Part shown: positions 36,236 to 49,269 of the stretch, in pieces
Numbering within the stretch: the stretch's first letter is position 1
Layout: each line of letters starts with the position of its first letter
Assembly (NCBI GenBank): GCA_964016885.1
Contig: OZ024743.1
Span: 115,692,001-115,756,000, forward strand
Length of the DNA: 64,000 nt
Direction: 5' to 3'
Source of the DNA: Eledone cirrhosa
Taxonomy: Eukaryota
The notes under the pieces: generated by a model
The model's input: only the letters and a program-made list of their open reading frames with translations
Told to the model about the DNA's origin: nothing
Databases searched by the model: none
Made by a program: the position numbers and the translations under genes

Positions 36236-39200
36236 TGGATGTATACACGTCGCAGGACGTAATTTTGTTCCCTTAATTTTGTCATTTTTGAACAGTTTTT
36301 ATTGCGAACTTATTGTAAACAATTATATTGTTTTGAGTTTAAACACACCCCGCTTCTCTTGAGGTGGTCGAAATTAATCGGTATTTAGCCCTTCGGCGCT
36401 AAATTCCAATTTGAACTTTGCATTTAGCAAATACGCCCCACCCCACCCCTAAAAAAAGAAAAATGGCGTCATTCAAAAAATCTGTTTCTCTACCATGTCT
36501 CCACACAAAAATTACTCCTTCAGCAAGGTATCCTTCTCAACCTTGTCTTTCTTCACCCAGCTGTCAGCGTGGGGTCATGCTTTCCTTTTCCTCTCCTTCC
36601 TCGTCACATACTAAGAGTCAGGCAAAGGCCATTTCTTTCTCTTCTTCATCAAGCAGCGGTCGAGAAGTGACTGCTGCTGATGCATTGGACAGTGAAAAAT
36701 TCGGGATATTCTACAAAGAGTAGGAGGACAACGTCCGTGGTACCCGCACGAAAGCTACGGACAACAAAAACAACGGCGGCAACTACAGCAACAGAAACAG
36801 TTGAACTAGCTGCACCTGTGCCAACAACGGCAGACCAGGCTCCACCACTTCAACCACCAACAACAAAGACAAATAAGAGGTTAGAACTCATACTCCCCCC
36901 GGACCTCTCACAGTCGAACATGACGTATGAGGCGGCTGAGGAGTGGAAAACGGTTGTCAACAAAAAAAAACAATCGCAAAAACACCACAGCTTCTCCCTC
37001 CATAAGCGAAGGCAAAGAAAGAAGGCTAAAGACTGCAAGGAGACTTGCAGCAAGACCACAACCATCACCATCACCACCACAAGCATCACCACCAACAACA
37101 ACTACACCACCACCAGCATCGCAAACACAACAAAACACACACACCCAACAGCAACAAGAGAACAGCAACAAAATCACCCCCACCCCCACCCCCTACACCC
37201 TCTACCCCTCAAAAAAAAAGAAAATGTACACAGCCATAAATATCACACACAAAGGATTAGTGGAAAATATGAAAAAAATACACAGACATTATAGACTCAA
37301 GTTACCACACCCCACCAACACCAAGAACATTACCCCAAAACATTACAATTATCTAAATTAATCTGGAAGACTATAAATAATTAAAGCAAAAATTCCCCAA
37401 CACAGCTGGAGATTTCAGTGGGTGACTCTCCAGAAGAATATATACCGATATCATCTTGGAGAGACCAATGACCAGCCAAAAGGACAGTTCTACAGTCCCT
37501 TCCCTATACGATCAAGGTAAGTGATCCTTTCTTACTTACCCTGTTTCTTCATTAAGCATGGCCGTACTTAGAATAGTCAGTATAAATGTACGTGCCCTGG
37601 GATCATCTTGGAGGAGGGCCACGTACTGAACGACCTCAGGTTACTAAACATCAGCGAGACCAGAATCTTCGAAGCACGAGCCTTGACACCGATCTACGGC
37701 GGCTACGATGTATACGCATCTCCCAGTCGTCCGGGATCGGGAGGAGGATTTGCTGTGCTTTTTCCGAGAGGCTTGAATCTCGCCATACGGGCCATCTTCC
37801 TGGACCCAGAAGGTAAGTCGCTGGTGCTCGACGTGACTGGCAGCGAAGGCAATGCTATTTAAAGTAGACAACTACACAGACCACAAATTTGTGATCTGTG
37901 AAGTTGACTTAGATAGACTCCATAGGCAAGGGCCCGGCTACTGGAAGCTGAAGGCGTCGTTCCCGGCGCGCAAAGCTTACAGAGAACGGATTAGCGAATT
38001 AGTTAAGCGGGCGTTGACGGGTGCGATTGTCAACAACAGGTGGTGGTTTACCCTGAAAAGGGCTATTAGAGTAGAATCGATAAGGTTTAGCAAAAGAGTA
38101 GTGATTTAGGAAAATAGATTAGAGGGAGAGCTAGTTAGAATGCTAGAAGAGGCGTTTAGGACAGGCATCGCAACAGACGTGCCTGCGGCAAGATTGGTAC
38201 TCGACCAATTATTCAACGCAAAGCATGAAGGATGCGTTGTCAGAGCTAGAGCGCGTGCTCTGAGACACGAGGGGACGAAAGTCGTACAATGGGCCCGATT
38301 TGTCGAGGCGTGACGTGGCAACATATCCACAATTCCGTCTTTGCTTGATCAAAACGGGCGCATGTTGCTGGAATCCGAGCAGATGTGTGTGGCTTTTTAA
38401 CAGCCCTTTGCTCAATTATTTCGGGAGCGGCGGCGGACTGGATCGGAGTATGGACTTCGGTGCATATCTCGTCGGACTGCCGCGGCTCTCGACGACCGCA
38501 GCGCAGTGCTGCGGAGAGCCGATAACAACAGGTCAAATACGGGAAGCGATGTCTTACTGCACGTGGGGTAAGTTGCCAGGTTTGGATGGTCTGCCCTACG
38601 AGCTTTATGCGTACATACCAGACTTGTTCGGCGACCTCTTGGCAGATGTCTACTGCAACTGGCAGCAGAACGTGAGCATTCTCAGTTTTGTGACCCGGCG
38701 AACGATGGCGCTGCTGAGAAAAGACCCGGACAAGGGTTATAGACAAATTCAGGCCCCTAACTCTGCTAAACGCAGAGTTCAAGATTTTGGCCAAGGTACT
38801 AGTAAAGAGATTGTTGCTTGTTGTCGTTGATCAGGTATGCGCCATTCCGGAGAGATCCATCCACGCGATACATCATAGGGGTGGTGGTTAAGGAACCTGG
38901 CACTGGTGGGGCTCTGATCAATTTGGGTTCATCTAAAGTATTTGATCTGGTCGACTATCGGTACCTGGCTGCGGTCCTCGAGGCGGAGGCTTCGGGTCCG
39001 TTTTTAGGGGTTGGATCGCTGCCATGCACAGCTCGGTTGTGAAGATGAATGGTCACCTGTCTCAGACCTTCAGCATCATGCGCTTGGTCCTCCAGAGTGG
39101 TGCCCTCTCGTCCCTCTTGTACGTACTGGGCCTCGAGCCATTACTGCACAAATTGGAGACCATGAGGGGGGTCCCTCGTGAACTGGGATGTGGGGGATCC

Positions 39201-40858
39201 TTGTTGGCTTACGCAGACGACATCACCGTGGTTGTGTCGAGCACCAAACTCTTTCCAGATGGTTGGCACTGCTCTCAAGGAATACGACGCGGTGACAGGA
39301 GTAAAGATAAACCAGGAAAAGTCGGTAGGCTTGCAACTCGGTACCTGGAGAGGCGAGTCCATGCCGTCCGACAGCGTCGTGGGGCTGTGGACGGAAGGAC
39401 CGGTTAAATTGCTCGCGGTCTGATTCGGTCCAGACCTCTAGTTTGAGAAAAACTGGAGCGAGGTGACGAGCAGAGTGGCTTCTCTCACCCAGAAATGGTC
39501 CTAGAGGAGCCTGTCTCTAAAAGGTCGGGCGGAGGAGGCGAATGCGTACATCGCGTCCATCATCTGCTACCGCCTGACCGTCGAATCTTGTCCCGACCCA
39601 ACTCTCATCAAAATGGAGCGCCTTCTCTTCCGCTTTTTTGTGGAAAGGACGTGCTCCCATGGTCAGACGATCCATCTGCCATCAGTATCCGTTGCGTGGA
39701 GGAATTGGCATGCCGTGGCTGATGATGCGCAAACATGCGCTGTGGCTGCGACATCTCTGGTGCTTCCTTGATGGTGAGCAGGTGTCGTCGCCGTTTGCCA
39801 GACGCGCTTTTCCCCAGCTCCTCTACTTGACGGATCTGCAGTCCTGGACCAAGAAAAGACCGAGAGATAGCGCTTGGAAGCGGGAATCTTTCCATGCGCT
39901 CACCGCCCTCTACAAGCTATACACTGATTTCGGTGGAACATTCACCTCAGCGTTCTATAGAGGGTTAGTGGAGGGGCAGAACGACGACGTTCTCGGGGAG
40001 ACCCTGGGAGTCGAAGACGATCAGCTGTTCGCTCTCGTCAATAGAAATTTCAGCCCGGGGCCTATGGACAACTTCCAGAAATCCCTGGCCGGGCAATGCT
40101 ACCGGGGAGCGTTGCCGGTTCAGGATAAGCTCTACATGCACGGAGGTGCTGTCAGCCGAGCCTGTCCGAGATGCCCGCACGGCGACGAAACCGTTCTGCA
40201 CGTACACGTTCAGTGCCCGATGATTGCTGACTTGTGGAGCTATGTCGAACAGTTGACGTCGCGTGTAGGACGGATCCGGTTATCCACGCAGTCCATTGTG
40301 CAGATAGCCCCGCCATCCTCCTTTAAAGAGGAGGCAGGGCAGGCAGTTTTCATCTGCCTGGTGTCGATGGTGGTAGTCATTGTGTGGTGGACAATGTTGA
40401 AAGGATTGAAGTCGGACACTTTGCTCTCCGGCCAATCCCTGATTAATTTTTTCAAGTCTCACTTGAAGAGGAAAACCAGGGTGGAGAGGCAAGTGCTGTC
40501 TTCTAGTAGGTTTGTTGAAAGGTGGGTGAAAGTGGCGAGCCTGGTCCGAGTGAACGGGCCCGCTCTGAGTAAGCGCCTGTAGAGTGAGGAGCGGGAAAAC
40601 TGAGAGAGGGCGCTTGCCCTGGTGGTCAGAGTGGCTGTGGTCTTTTGTGTGGTTTTCGCCACGAGTGACCCTCAGAGGTTTCCCCCATTTGGGAAAATGT
40701 TTGTTGTTTGCATTTTTTTAAATTTCTATCCCGATTTCTATCTTGTTATAACCTGTTTACGCGACCAAAACCCACTCTGTATCGTCCTGTACTGTTCTGT
40801 GCCATCTCTAATATTTTTCTTCGTGTTAGCTCTTGTGGCCAATAAAGAAACCTTTATT
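36236..40858 (+). mobile_element. Tx1/L1-clade LINE copy 2, internal deletions in ORF1 and APE
   Basis: 5'UTR resembles copy 1; ORF2 from ATG 37558; YADD near 39210; C-terminal ORF 39638-40582 with CPRC..H..C; AATAAA at 40841. Confidence 0.9.
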
Positions 40859-40860
40859 TA

Positions 40861-41060
40861 GGGCGGCGGATTGGCAGTATTGGTAGAGGGTCGGACGCCA
40901 TGCTTTGCAGCAAAGAGTTATGGCCCTTTGAGGTCTGAGTTCAAATCCCGCCGAGGTTAACTTTGCCTTTCATCCTTACGGGGGCGATAAAATAAAGTAA
41001 TAGTAATACACTGAGATAATTGCTGGCCTTGTGCCAAAAGTAGAAACAATTATTATTATT
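40861..41060 (+). mobile_element. Full-length tRNA-derived SINE with MetaSINE-like core
   Basis: A box tggcagtattgg, B box gagttcaaatccc, core gcctttcatccttacggggg.cgataaaataaagta, (TTA)n tail. MetaSINE resemblance is from memory. Confidence 0.88.
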
Positions 41061-42074
41061 AGTAGTAGTAGTAGTATTAATAGTAGTATTAGTAGTAGTA
41101 GTAGTAGTAGTTCTTGTGCTAGTTGTAGACAAGGAGAACACATTTATTGTTATCAACAGGGCCAATGTAATGAAAATGTATTAATATAGTGATAGAACAA
41201 ATACGAGGTTGAAAATATATTGACCCCTATTTAAACTCACAATTCAGAAATACATTCAAAGACCGCAGTATTGTTCCTGTTAATGTGTGTAGTTTGTCTT
41301 ACTGTAGATGTATCTTAGTGCTGTTTTATTAGTCGATCCGGTTACAGGTCAATATCACCATCAATATTCCGAAATTTGCTTTAGAGCTTATAATTTAGTT
41401 TCCAGATAAAAATATATTTTTAGTTTGAATGCTGCTGATTTCTAAAGAACATCATGTATATTAATATATTATTTCGGAATTTGTTTTCAAATATCTCTGT
41501 AGCTCTTAAGTCAAACATTTAGGTCCATCGTATTATCTAGACTGGCTTAATTATATAGAAATATATATGTACTTTTTAATGTAATGCCGCAAAGAAATGT
41601 TTGGTTATATCCACACATGACATTCCCTCATACAAATAACACGAAACGTATCTGTTATATCGCTTAGCGAATACATTTCTTCATTCAATTTTGCTGTGCA
41701 CCACCCTCACTTCACGTTTCAACAATATACCTTATACTGCTTCTCTACTGTCACATCATTTACATCGTCAGCATTTTAAATATATGATCTCTATTAAAAC
41801 AACATATATTTAGTAGTTATCCTGAATGTAGTTACTTTTGTGGACCATGAACTCATTGCAATGATTTAATTAAGATAACATATGCAAAGTAGAGATCATT
41901 CAGAGTAGTGAATTAAAATGACTCAACATTTAATAAATATATTTCTAATATACTACAGTATTGAACATTAATTTATTGTATTCCTGGGTAATCACATTAA
42001 TACATAAAGGTGAAATTGACAGGAAAATCTTCTTAAATATATATTGCCTTTTACCTAAACATAATCGCTTAAAT

Positions 42075-42188
42075 AATTGTTGCGGATATTATTGGACTTT
42101 CAATAGTTTCATAAATATATGTGTTAATATAAGAATTGTTGCGGATATTATTGGACTTTCAATAGTTTCATAAATATATGTGTTAATG
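42075..42188. repeat. Two-copy tandem duplication, ~59-bp period
   Basis: aattgttgcggatattattggactttcaatagtttcataaatatatgtgttaat occurs twice. Confidence 0.9.
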
Positions 42189-43336
42189 AGCGTGAAAGAA
42201 TAGTTTAAGCAACTTCAACTTTTTTTTTTTAAATTAAAGCTTTCAACAGAACTGAGCTAGATATTTGGCTTCAGCTTCCGGAACCTCTCAATAAATGAAC
42301 AACAAAAATATTAATATATTTTATGAATTGAGTCTGTAGAATGTCGCATGCAATGATTTGCGTTATTTATTTCAGCTTTCAGGAATTTGAGTTCATATTT
42401 GGTCGAGGTTATTGTTCACTTTATCCTTTCCAAGGATGATAAAAACTACCAGTTCAATACTGGAGCCAATCCTTTCTCAATATCTCTTTTTCACTCCTTC
42501 TATAACACCCACTCCTCTAGACTGCATGAAATGAACTGTTCAAAGCTTGAAAAAGGCTGAGTTTCGCCAGTCAAAAAATCCCAAGATACTCCGTATATCA
42601 CGACGCCGCCCCGCCGTCCCGCCGCCCCTCCAGCTCCATCAGGACTTATGGGTTCATATGTAATCATCACTCCTGATAACAACAATTGAGGTGATAAAGT
42701 TTTGGCCACATAATCTTGAAGAGGATTTACCAGAATAACTAGGGAAATAATTAATAATTGCAGGTTTAAAACATTATCTCGGATATAACTATTTGCATTT
42801 TGATATTGACTATTACTGACAAAAATCCATAAATGTAATCGGAACCAGTATATTCCTAACCCACGCAAACGTATTTAAGGGACAATCTGTAATAGGTATA
42901 TATCAAGCATCTCCACACTATAGAAATTATTTTATGGCTATATATAAAACAACAAGAAACGCTTTCTAGAGGACATTTATATTTTATGAAATAAAAATAA
43001 ATTTCAAACATTAAGTAATGGAACATCTTCAATTTAAAATGTTATAGGGGCAAGAGAAAGGACCATTTTAGATAATTTAGTAATGGAAGTTAATGGAATT
43101 GTGACAGACATATATTACAGATACAAAGAACTATGCACTCTTTAATTCTGGTCACATGAAACTCACTAGAACACTTAGCCTAAAATATTCACAATTGTTT
43201 CTGTGGATCTTAATGGTTATGTAAGACTTCCAGAGAAAGCGGCGAATTGTCAGTCGTTAGAAGGCCAAAAAGAAAGTTTTGTGGTCTTTGTTTCTGCTCT
43301 CTTATCTATGAGTTCAGGTCAAGTTGAGGTCTAATG

Positions 43337-44603
43337 TACGAAGGTGGGCTGAAAGTCCCATAGGGTGACTATGAAAGAGAAATGCTAGACCTGTGACATC
43401 TTGCATGCATTAATTTCAACTCTTTTTATTAATAACATCATTAGTTTTTCTTTTCAGGTAATCTGATATCTGACTGTGCAAAGAAGACTTTAAAAGTAAC
43501 CAGTAGCGACCTCTCTTGAACGATGCACAGGATTTGGCTTCGTGGTTTTATAAACTACACCCAGATGAAATATTTCGCCTCAAAGGACATTCATGCTGAC
43601 ATGGTTGCTACATTAGTGGATGCCGCCACAGCTTTATTGAAAGCGCAAAAGTGGGAAATTGAATTGAAGAGGAGAGGGGAAAATCTTGAAGTTGATGCAA
43701 GGTCTGGACATCCTGAATCTACCACCACAGAGGAAAACATTAATCATGTTCACATCATTTTTATGAAATAGCTATTAGTAATGAAATAGCTATTAGAAAT
43801 GAAATAGCTATTAGTATATCACGTGAGAGAGCTGAGAATATTCTGCACAATGAACTTTGCATGATAAAGGTTTCTTCTCGGTGGTTGCCATGTTTTCTTA
43901 CCTGATCAAAAGGGCACCAGGCTGATCACTTCACTGGTAAAGCTGGCATTGTTTGAAGGAGATCCAGTTGCGTTCCTTGAAAGTTTCGTATGTGTTGGGT
44001 TTAACTCCTTGAGCCAAGGACAAAGGGGTCAATCTATACAGTGGAAACACTTCTCGTCGCCTGATCCGAGGAAGGCCAAGGTTGTTTCATCTGCAGGGAA
44101 GGTGATGGCCTCATTTTGTCGGGATGTATAAGGTATTGTATTAATCGACTCTCTTCAAAAGGGCCTCATCATCAATGGTTAGTCCTAAGCCAGTTGCCCA
44201 TCAAGACGAAACGACTAGAAAATCTGATGAAATAGATTTTATTCCACCAGGACAATGTTCCAGCACAGGGGTTCTTGGTTTCAAAGACTGCTGTGCATCT
44301 TTTAACTGGTTGGTTACTTTCCCTGTTCTCCTGATTTGGCCTCATCTGACTATCATTTGATCCCCAACACGAATAATCAATTGGTTTCGAACCAGCATTG
44401 TAGTGATGAAGACGTTTTATCTACTGTTGGTCAATTTTTTGTACGTCAGGATGAAAGTCTCTTCATCAATAGGATACAAGCATTACAGCACAAATCGAAG
44501 AAGTGTCTGGGCCGAAAAGGGGACTATGTTAATGAAGATACCTCATTTGGTCATATTCCATGAGATAATCTTGGTCATTCTAACGTTTCAGCCAACTCTC
44601 TTA
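43337..44603 (+). mobile_element. Degenerate full-length mariner transposon
   Basis: TA-cgaaggtgggctgaaa..tttcagccaactctct-TA ends; transposase remnants RSGHP, KVSSRWLP, QSIQW..P.KAKV..SAGKVMAS, HQDN, SPDLASSDYHL. Confidence 0.9.
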
Positions 44604-44829
44604 CCACTCTAGGTTTGCAACTCTTTAAGTAAAGTACCAATACAGTACTAGGGTTAATACATCTATACAATTTCCCATTTGTCTCTATCAAAATATTTCC
44701 CTCCTTTTCTGGGTGAAATCGATTATGTTCTGACCTGGTGACGGGATGAACTCCATCAGGCTTCCCAAAATGGGCTACGTGTCACTACAGCGCCCCTACG
44801 ACTCCATCAGGAGTTACTCGTCTATACAT

Positions 44830-45370
44830 ACATACATACATGATAGCTGCCCCCTCGTTATCGAGTATGGCCATTGCACAATATACCATTATTGATAATT
44901 ATTAATTAATTCTATCGTGCAATGCCTGTGCGTCAATATATTTTTTTAAAGTGAGGAAAGACTGAGCCAATTCCACTCTCTAAGCGACAGTAGCGATACC
45001 CGAAAGAAGAAAAGATCAACATCATCGGTAACTACTGAGCCGCAGGTTTTATATGGGAGTTATCCCAGTTTCCTGAATTGCCTTCTCCTAGAAGAATTCC
45101 CTGATAAAGGCTAGGGATCCTTCACTCCCAGTGGTTTAACCGGGCGGTACATGTCTACATACATATTTACACAATTTCGGATTGCCGTTGATTCTTATGA
45201 GTTCTTCCGCCCTCTGTCAGGTTTTGTTTTTTGTCCTAGGGTGTCCCAAATCAGCCTCCACACCAAGTAAAGTTGGTGGGGTTGCCAGTTTGGTCGCCGA
45301 CAACCCGATCATGCGACAGGTTGTACTGGGTTAGATGTTACCAGTAGCACGCAAGAGTGACTCGACATAG
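44830..45370 (-). mobile_element. Non-autonomous bipartite RTE derivative (5'UTR joined to 3' end), copy 1
   Basis: 44981-45145 is the reverse complement of RTE 5'UTR 3250-3415; 44841-44880 is the reverse complement of RTE 3' end 7303-7342. Confidence 0.85.
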
Positions 45371-45455
45371 TCATACAAACATACATACAAACATACGTAC
45401 ATACATACATACATACATACATACATACATGCATACATACATAGATACAGACATA

Positions 45456-45700
45456 CGGGTTATATACCAACCAGTTTGGACTAAAGTATGACTGAACTTG
45501 GATTTGCGGACAAAGAGCGCAGCTCCCTAATTCATAGTCTACAAATGGCTGCGATATTTGGCACCTTCAAAATTTGCAAAACATTCTTGCGATTCAAGGG
45601 ATGATAATTTCTTTTCTTTTACAACCTTGCCACAAGGAAGGTGGCTGGTCAAAAAAATATACTCGAAATTAAGAGAAAGAGATAACATACATACATACAT
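45456..45700 (+). mobile_element. R4/Dong 3' end (same family as 2622-3150) inside (CATA)n
   Basis: gggttatataccaacc..gcggacaaagagcgcagctccc..gagaaagagataacatac; (CATA)n on both sides. Confidence 0.88.
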
Positions 45701-45704
45701 ATTT

Positions 45705-46320
45705 ACATGGTGGCTGCTGACTCGTTATCGAGTATGACCATTGTACGATATGCCATTATTAATAATTATCAATTAATTCTCTAGTGCAATGCCTGTGCGT
45801 GAAGATTTTTTTAAAGTGACGGAAGACTGTGCACTGAGCCAATCCCACTCTCTGAGTGACAGTAGCTATAGCCTGAAAAGAAGAAAAGATCTCTATCATC
45901 GGTAACTACTGAACCGCAGGTTTTATATGGGAGTTATCCCAGTTTCCTGAGTTGCCTTCACCTAGAAGAATGCCCTAGGCTAGGGATCCTTCAATCCCAG
46001 TGGTTTACCCGCGTAATCGTGTATCCAGCCCCACTATTTCTATGTCCCCGCGCATATACATACACATGTACACACATATATACGTATACATACATATGTA
46101 CATGTGTATATACATATTTACACATTTTTGTATGACCGATGACTCTTATGATTTCTTCCGCCCTTTGTTAGATTTTGTTTTTTGTCGTGCAGTGTGTCTA
46201 AAATCACCCTCCCCACAAAGTAGACTTGGTGGGGTTGCCGGTTTAGTCGCCGACGACCCGATCATGCGACAGGTTGAACTGTCACCAGTAGCACTCAAGT
46301 GTGACCCGGCATCTATACAT
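45705..46320 (-). mobile_element. Non-autonomous bipartite RTE derivative, copy 2
   Basis: Colinear with 44830-45370; extends the 5'UTR match to 3209 (tatgtccccgcgc). Confidence 0.85.
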
Positions 46321-46555
46321 ACATACACACATACAAGGCTTGAAAAAAAAAAAAGTTGATTCATTCATAAATAATAACCACCATACTTATCAGATAACAG
46401 GAGAGAGCCAGCCAAGATAATTAATATTTTCATACTACCACAAGCAAAATAAAACAATAGTGAAAGGCTTATCACAAGATGTTCATGACAATTCTAAACA
46501 CAACAAATTATATATTAAACTCCTTGAAAATGTGCCGGCGCTGATAAGCGAAATT

Positions 46556-46863
<308 letters not shown>

Positions 46864-47229
46864 TTTTATAATACTTTAAAAGTTATATAAACAAAAAGTG
46901 GCATACTCGCAATCTGTTTTTCATACAGTATATATCAGTGATATTAAAATAATTTCGCTTTCTAATTACAACATCGAAGTCTATATTTAATTTTATAAAC
47001 TTATTTCTCCAAGTTTGCAAATATATTCAATCACGTATCTCATTTGTAAAGGCATTCTTGATTTTATGTGATTATGCCCTCGACATAAATTATTTAAATA
47101 TATCCACATATAATCACATTCACTGTCAGTGACATAAACTTTAAGGTTTGTCCTAAGCAAACAATAAATTTATCAAAACGCGTCCCGGCAAGGTGTCTAA
47201 TATGGGTTTGAGTATTCTGGCTAGGAGGG

Positions 47230-49230
47230 ACCCGACCTGACATCAAGATCAGGCCCATTGTATCGAGCGTGGAAGGACCATTCTACAAAATTTCATGGCT
47301 CCTAGCCAGAATACATAAACCCATCTTAGACACCTTGCCGGGACATGTTAACAGCTCCGAGGAGGTGCTGAAGCGCCTGCATCAAATGGATCCCGACACC
47401 AGAAGGAATAACAGATATGCCTTCAGCCTTGATGTAGCCGCTTTCTACATCTCGTCCCGGCACTCCTGGCCGTCAATATGCTGATGGAACGTGTCCAATC
47501 CACCGACCTACACTGCTTCAGGCTCACCACCACTGACATCCACCAACTCCTATCCATCGTCGTCGACAACACCTACTTCGGATTCCTTGACCACACATAC
47601 CAACAAACATCGGGACTGCCCATGGGATCAAGCCTGTCGGGTGTGCTAGCGATCTCTTACATGGACAGCCTCGAGCGCAAAAGCACTCAACGCCTGCCAC
47701 CCCAATGCCGTCGCCTTTTTCTCTAGGTTCGTGGACGATATCCTCTTCCTCATATCTTCCAAAGACATGGCGACAGAATCTATGAGACGTTCAACAACAC
47801 GGACGAGAACATTGACTTCAGTGTTGAACACACCAACGACGACGGGTCGCTTGCCCTCCCCGACTTCCGAATCAACATCACGGAACAGGGAGGGATCCAC
47901 TGCAACTTCTACCTAAAGGCAGCCTGCAGGGACCTGTTCGTCAACTACAAGTCCGCCATCCCTAACAGTGCCAAAAGAGGATACATCACGAACAAGATCG
48001 CTCGAATCAAAAACAGATGAAGCGATCCCGCGAGTGGTGTCACTCATACCAAGCGATTCCTCGAGGTGCTGGAGACGAACGGGTACCCTACCTCACTCAC
48101 AGACAGAGTAGGAGAAACCAGGCACAAGAGACAGAGAGGCACCCAAGGCAAGGGCTTCCTTAAAATGCCACACCTGGGCGAGAATACCACCAACGCTATC
48201 CGCAAGGCTATACGGAGGGAGGGCCTCGACACCCACCTGGCCCACTTGGGCCCCTCCCTGCGAAGATGCCTCTCCAGGAAACCTGAGAAATCAACTGAGG
48301 CGTGCTCCCTCAGAGTCTGCCCGATGCGCCATGCAAACTGTTGCCGACGCACATACGTCGTGTATAAGATAGAATGTAACAAGTGCAATCAATACTATAT
48401 AGGTAGCACAATCCGGCCGTTGCACATCCGGATCAAGGAACACACTCAAACCAAGGCTTCGTTTTTCCAGAAACACATAGCCAAATGCGGAAACAAAGAC
48501 GGAAGTCCCATTGTCACAATTCTAGCGACAGAAAGAAACGTCGGCACGTTACCTTTTCAAGGAAGCACTTTGGATTAAACGCCTAGGGCCACAACTAAAT
48601 ATCCGATCCGAGAGAAGCGAACTGAGGTGGTTGGTTTAAGTTAACAAACGATGCAGCAACACACACACACACACACACACAAGCGAGACAGCAACACACG
48701 CACACACACACACACTCAATGGAGACAACAAAACACGTAAACACACACACACAGTAAGATTCACCAAACAGTCAGAGAATGGACGGACAGCTAGCGCCAC
48801 CCCACCACCCCACTCCCACAATTGAAAGAACTACTTCGGCCGCTGACCTCTGCCTGACCGACCCCATATAGCGCACGCGCGCTGTGCTGAATACCTCAGA
48901 TATTCAAAAACAATGAACAGCGGAGGACACGTTTCGCACCTTTCCGACAGACAACCTTTCCTCTCCCGCCACCCCCACCCCCCGAAAAACCCCATTTGAT
49001 GGATGTGAATCCGAAATATATAGGGACAATTAAAACTCTCCCAAGGTAACTCTTTCTCGTGTTGTTATTTTTATTTTATCCTTTACGTTCTTTCCTTCAT
49101 TCATCTACACGTTCCAGTCTTATACACGCCACGCCTCTCAACGTACACCCACTTACATCTCTCTCTCCACCACCGGATCTTGTTACCCGGAGATTTACCC
49201 ATCTGCATTTTCGAGGCTTCCAAACGACTA

Positions 49231-49235
<5 letters not shown>
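47230..49235 (+). mobile_element. Penelope/Poseidon-type PLE, 5'-truncated (RT + GIY-YIG + 3'UTR)
   Basis: IRPIVS..GP.YK..SLDV..F, NTYFGF..YQQTSGLPMGSSLS, RFVDDI, VVYKIECNKCNQYYIGSTIRPLHIRIKEH, P.LN. GC-rich relative to flanks. Confidence 0.9.

Positions 49236-49269
<34 letters not shown>

Noticed and set aside
40861-40955. tRNA gene
   Set aside because: Has A and B boxes but no cloverleaf and continues into SINE core and tail; multiple copies in the window.
43763-43815. Triplicated atgaaatagctattag in the mariner
   Set aside because: Ordinary slippage in a dead element.
46200-46320. HDV-like ribozyme at the RTE-derived 5' end
   Set aside because: GACTAA and some pairings are present, but I could not build the nested double pseudoknot; not called.
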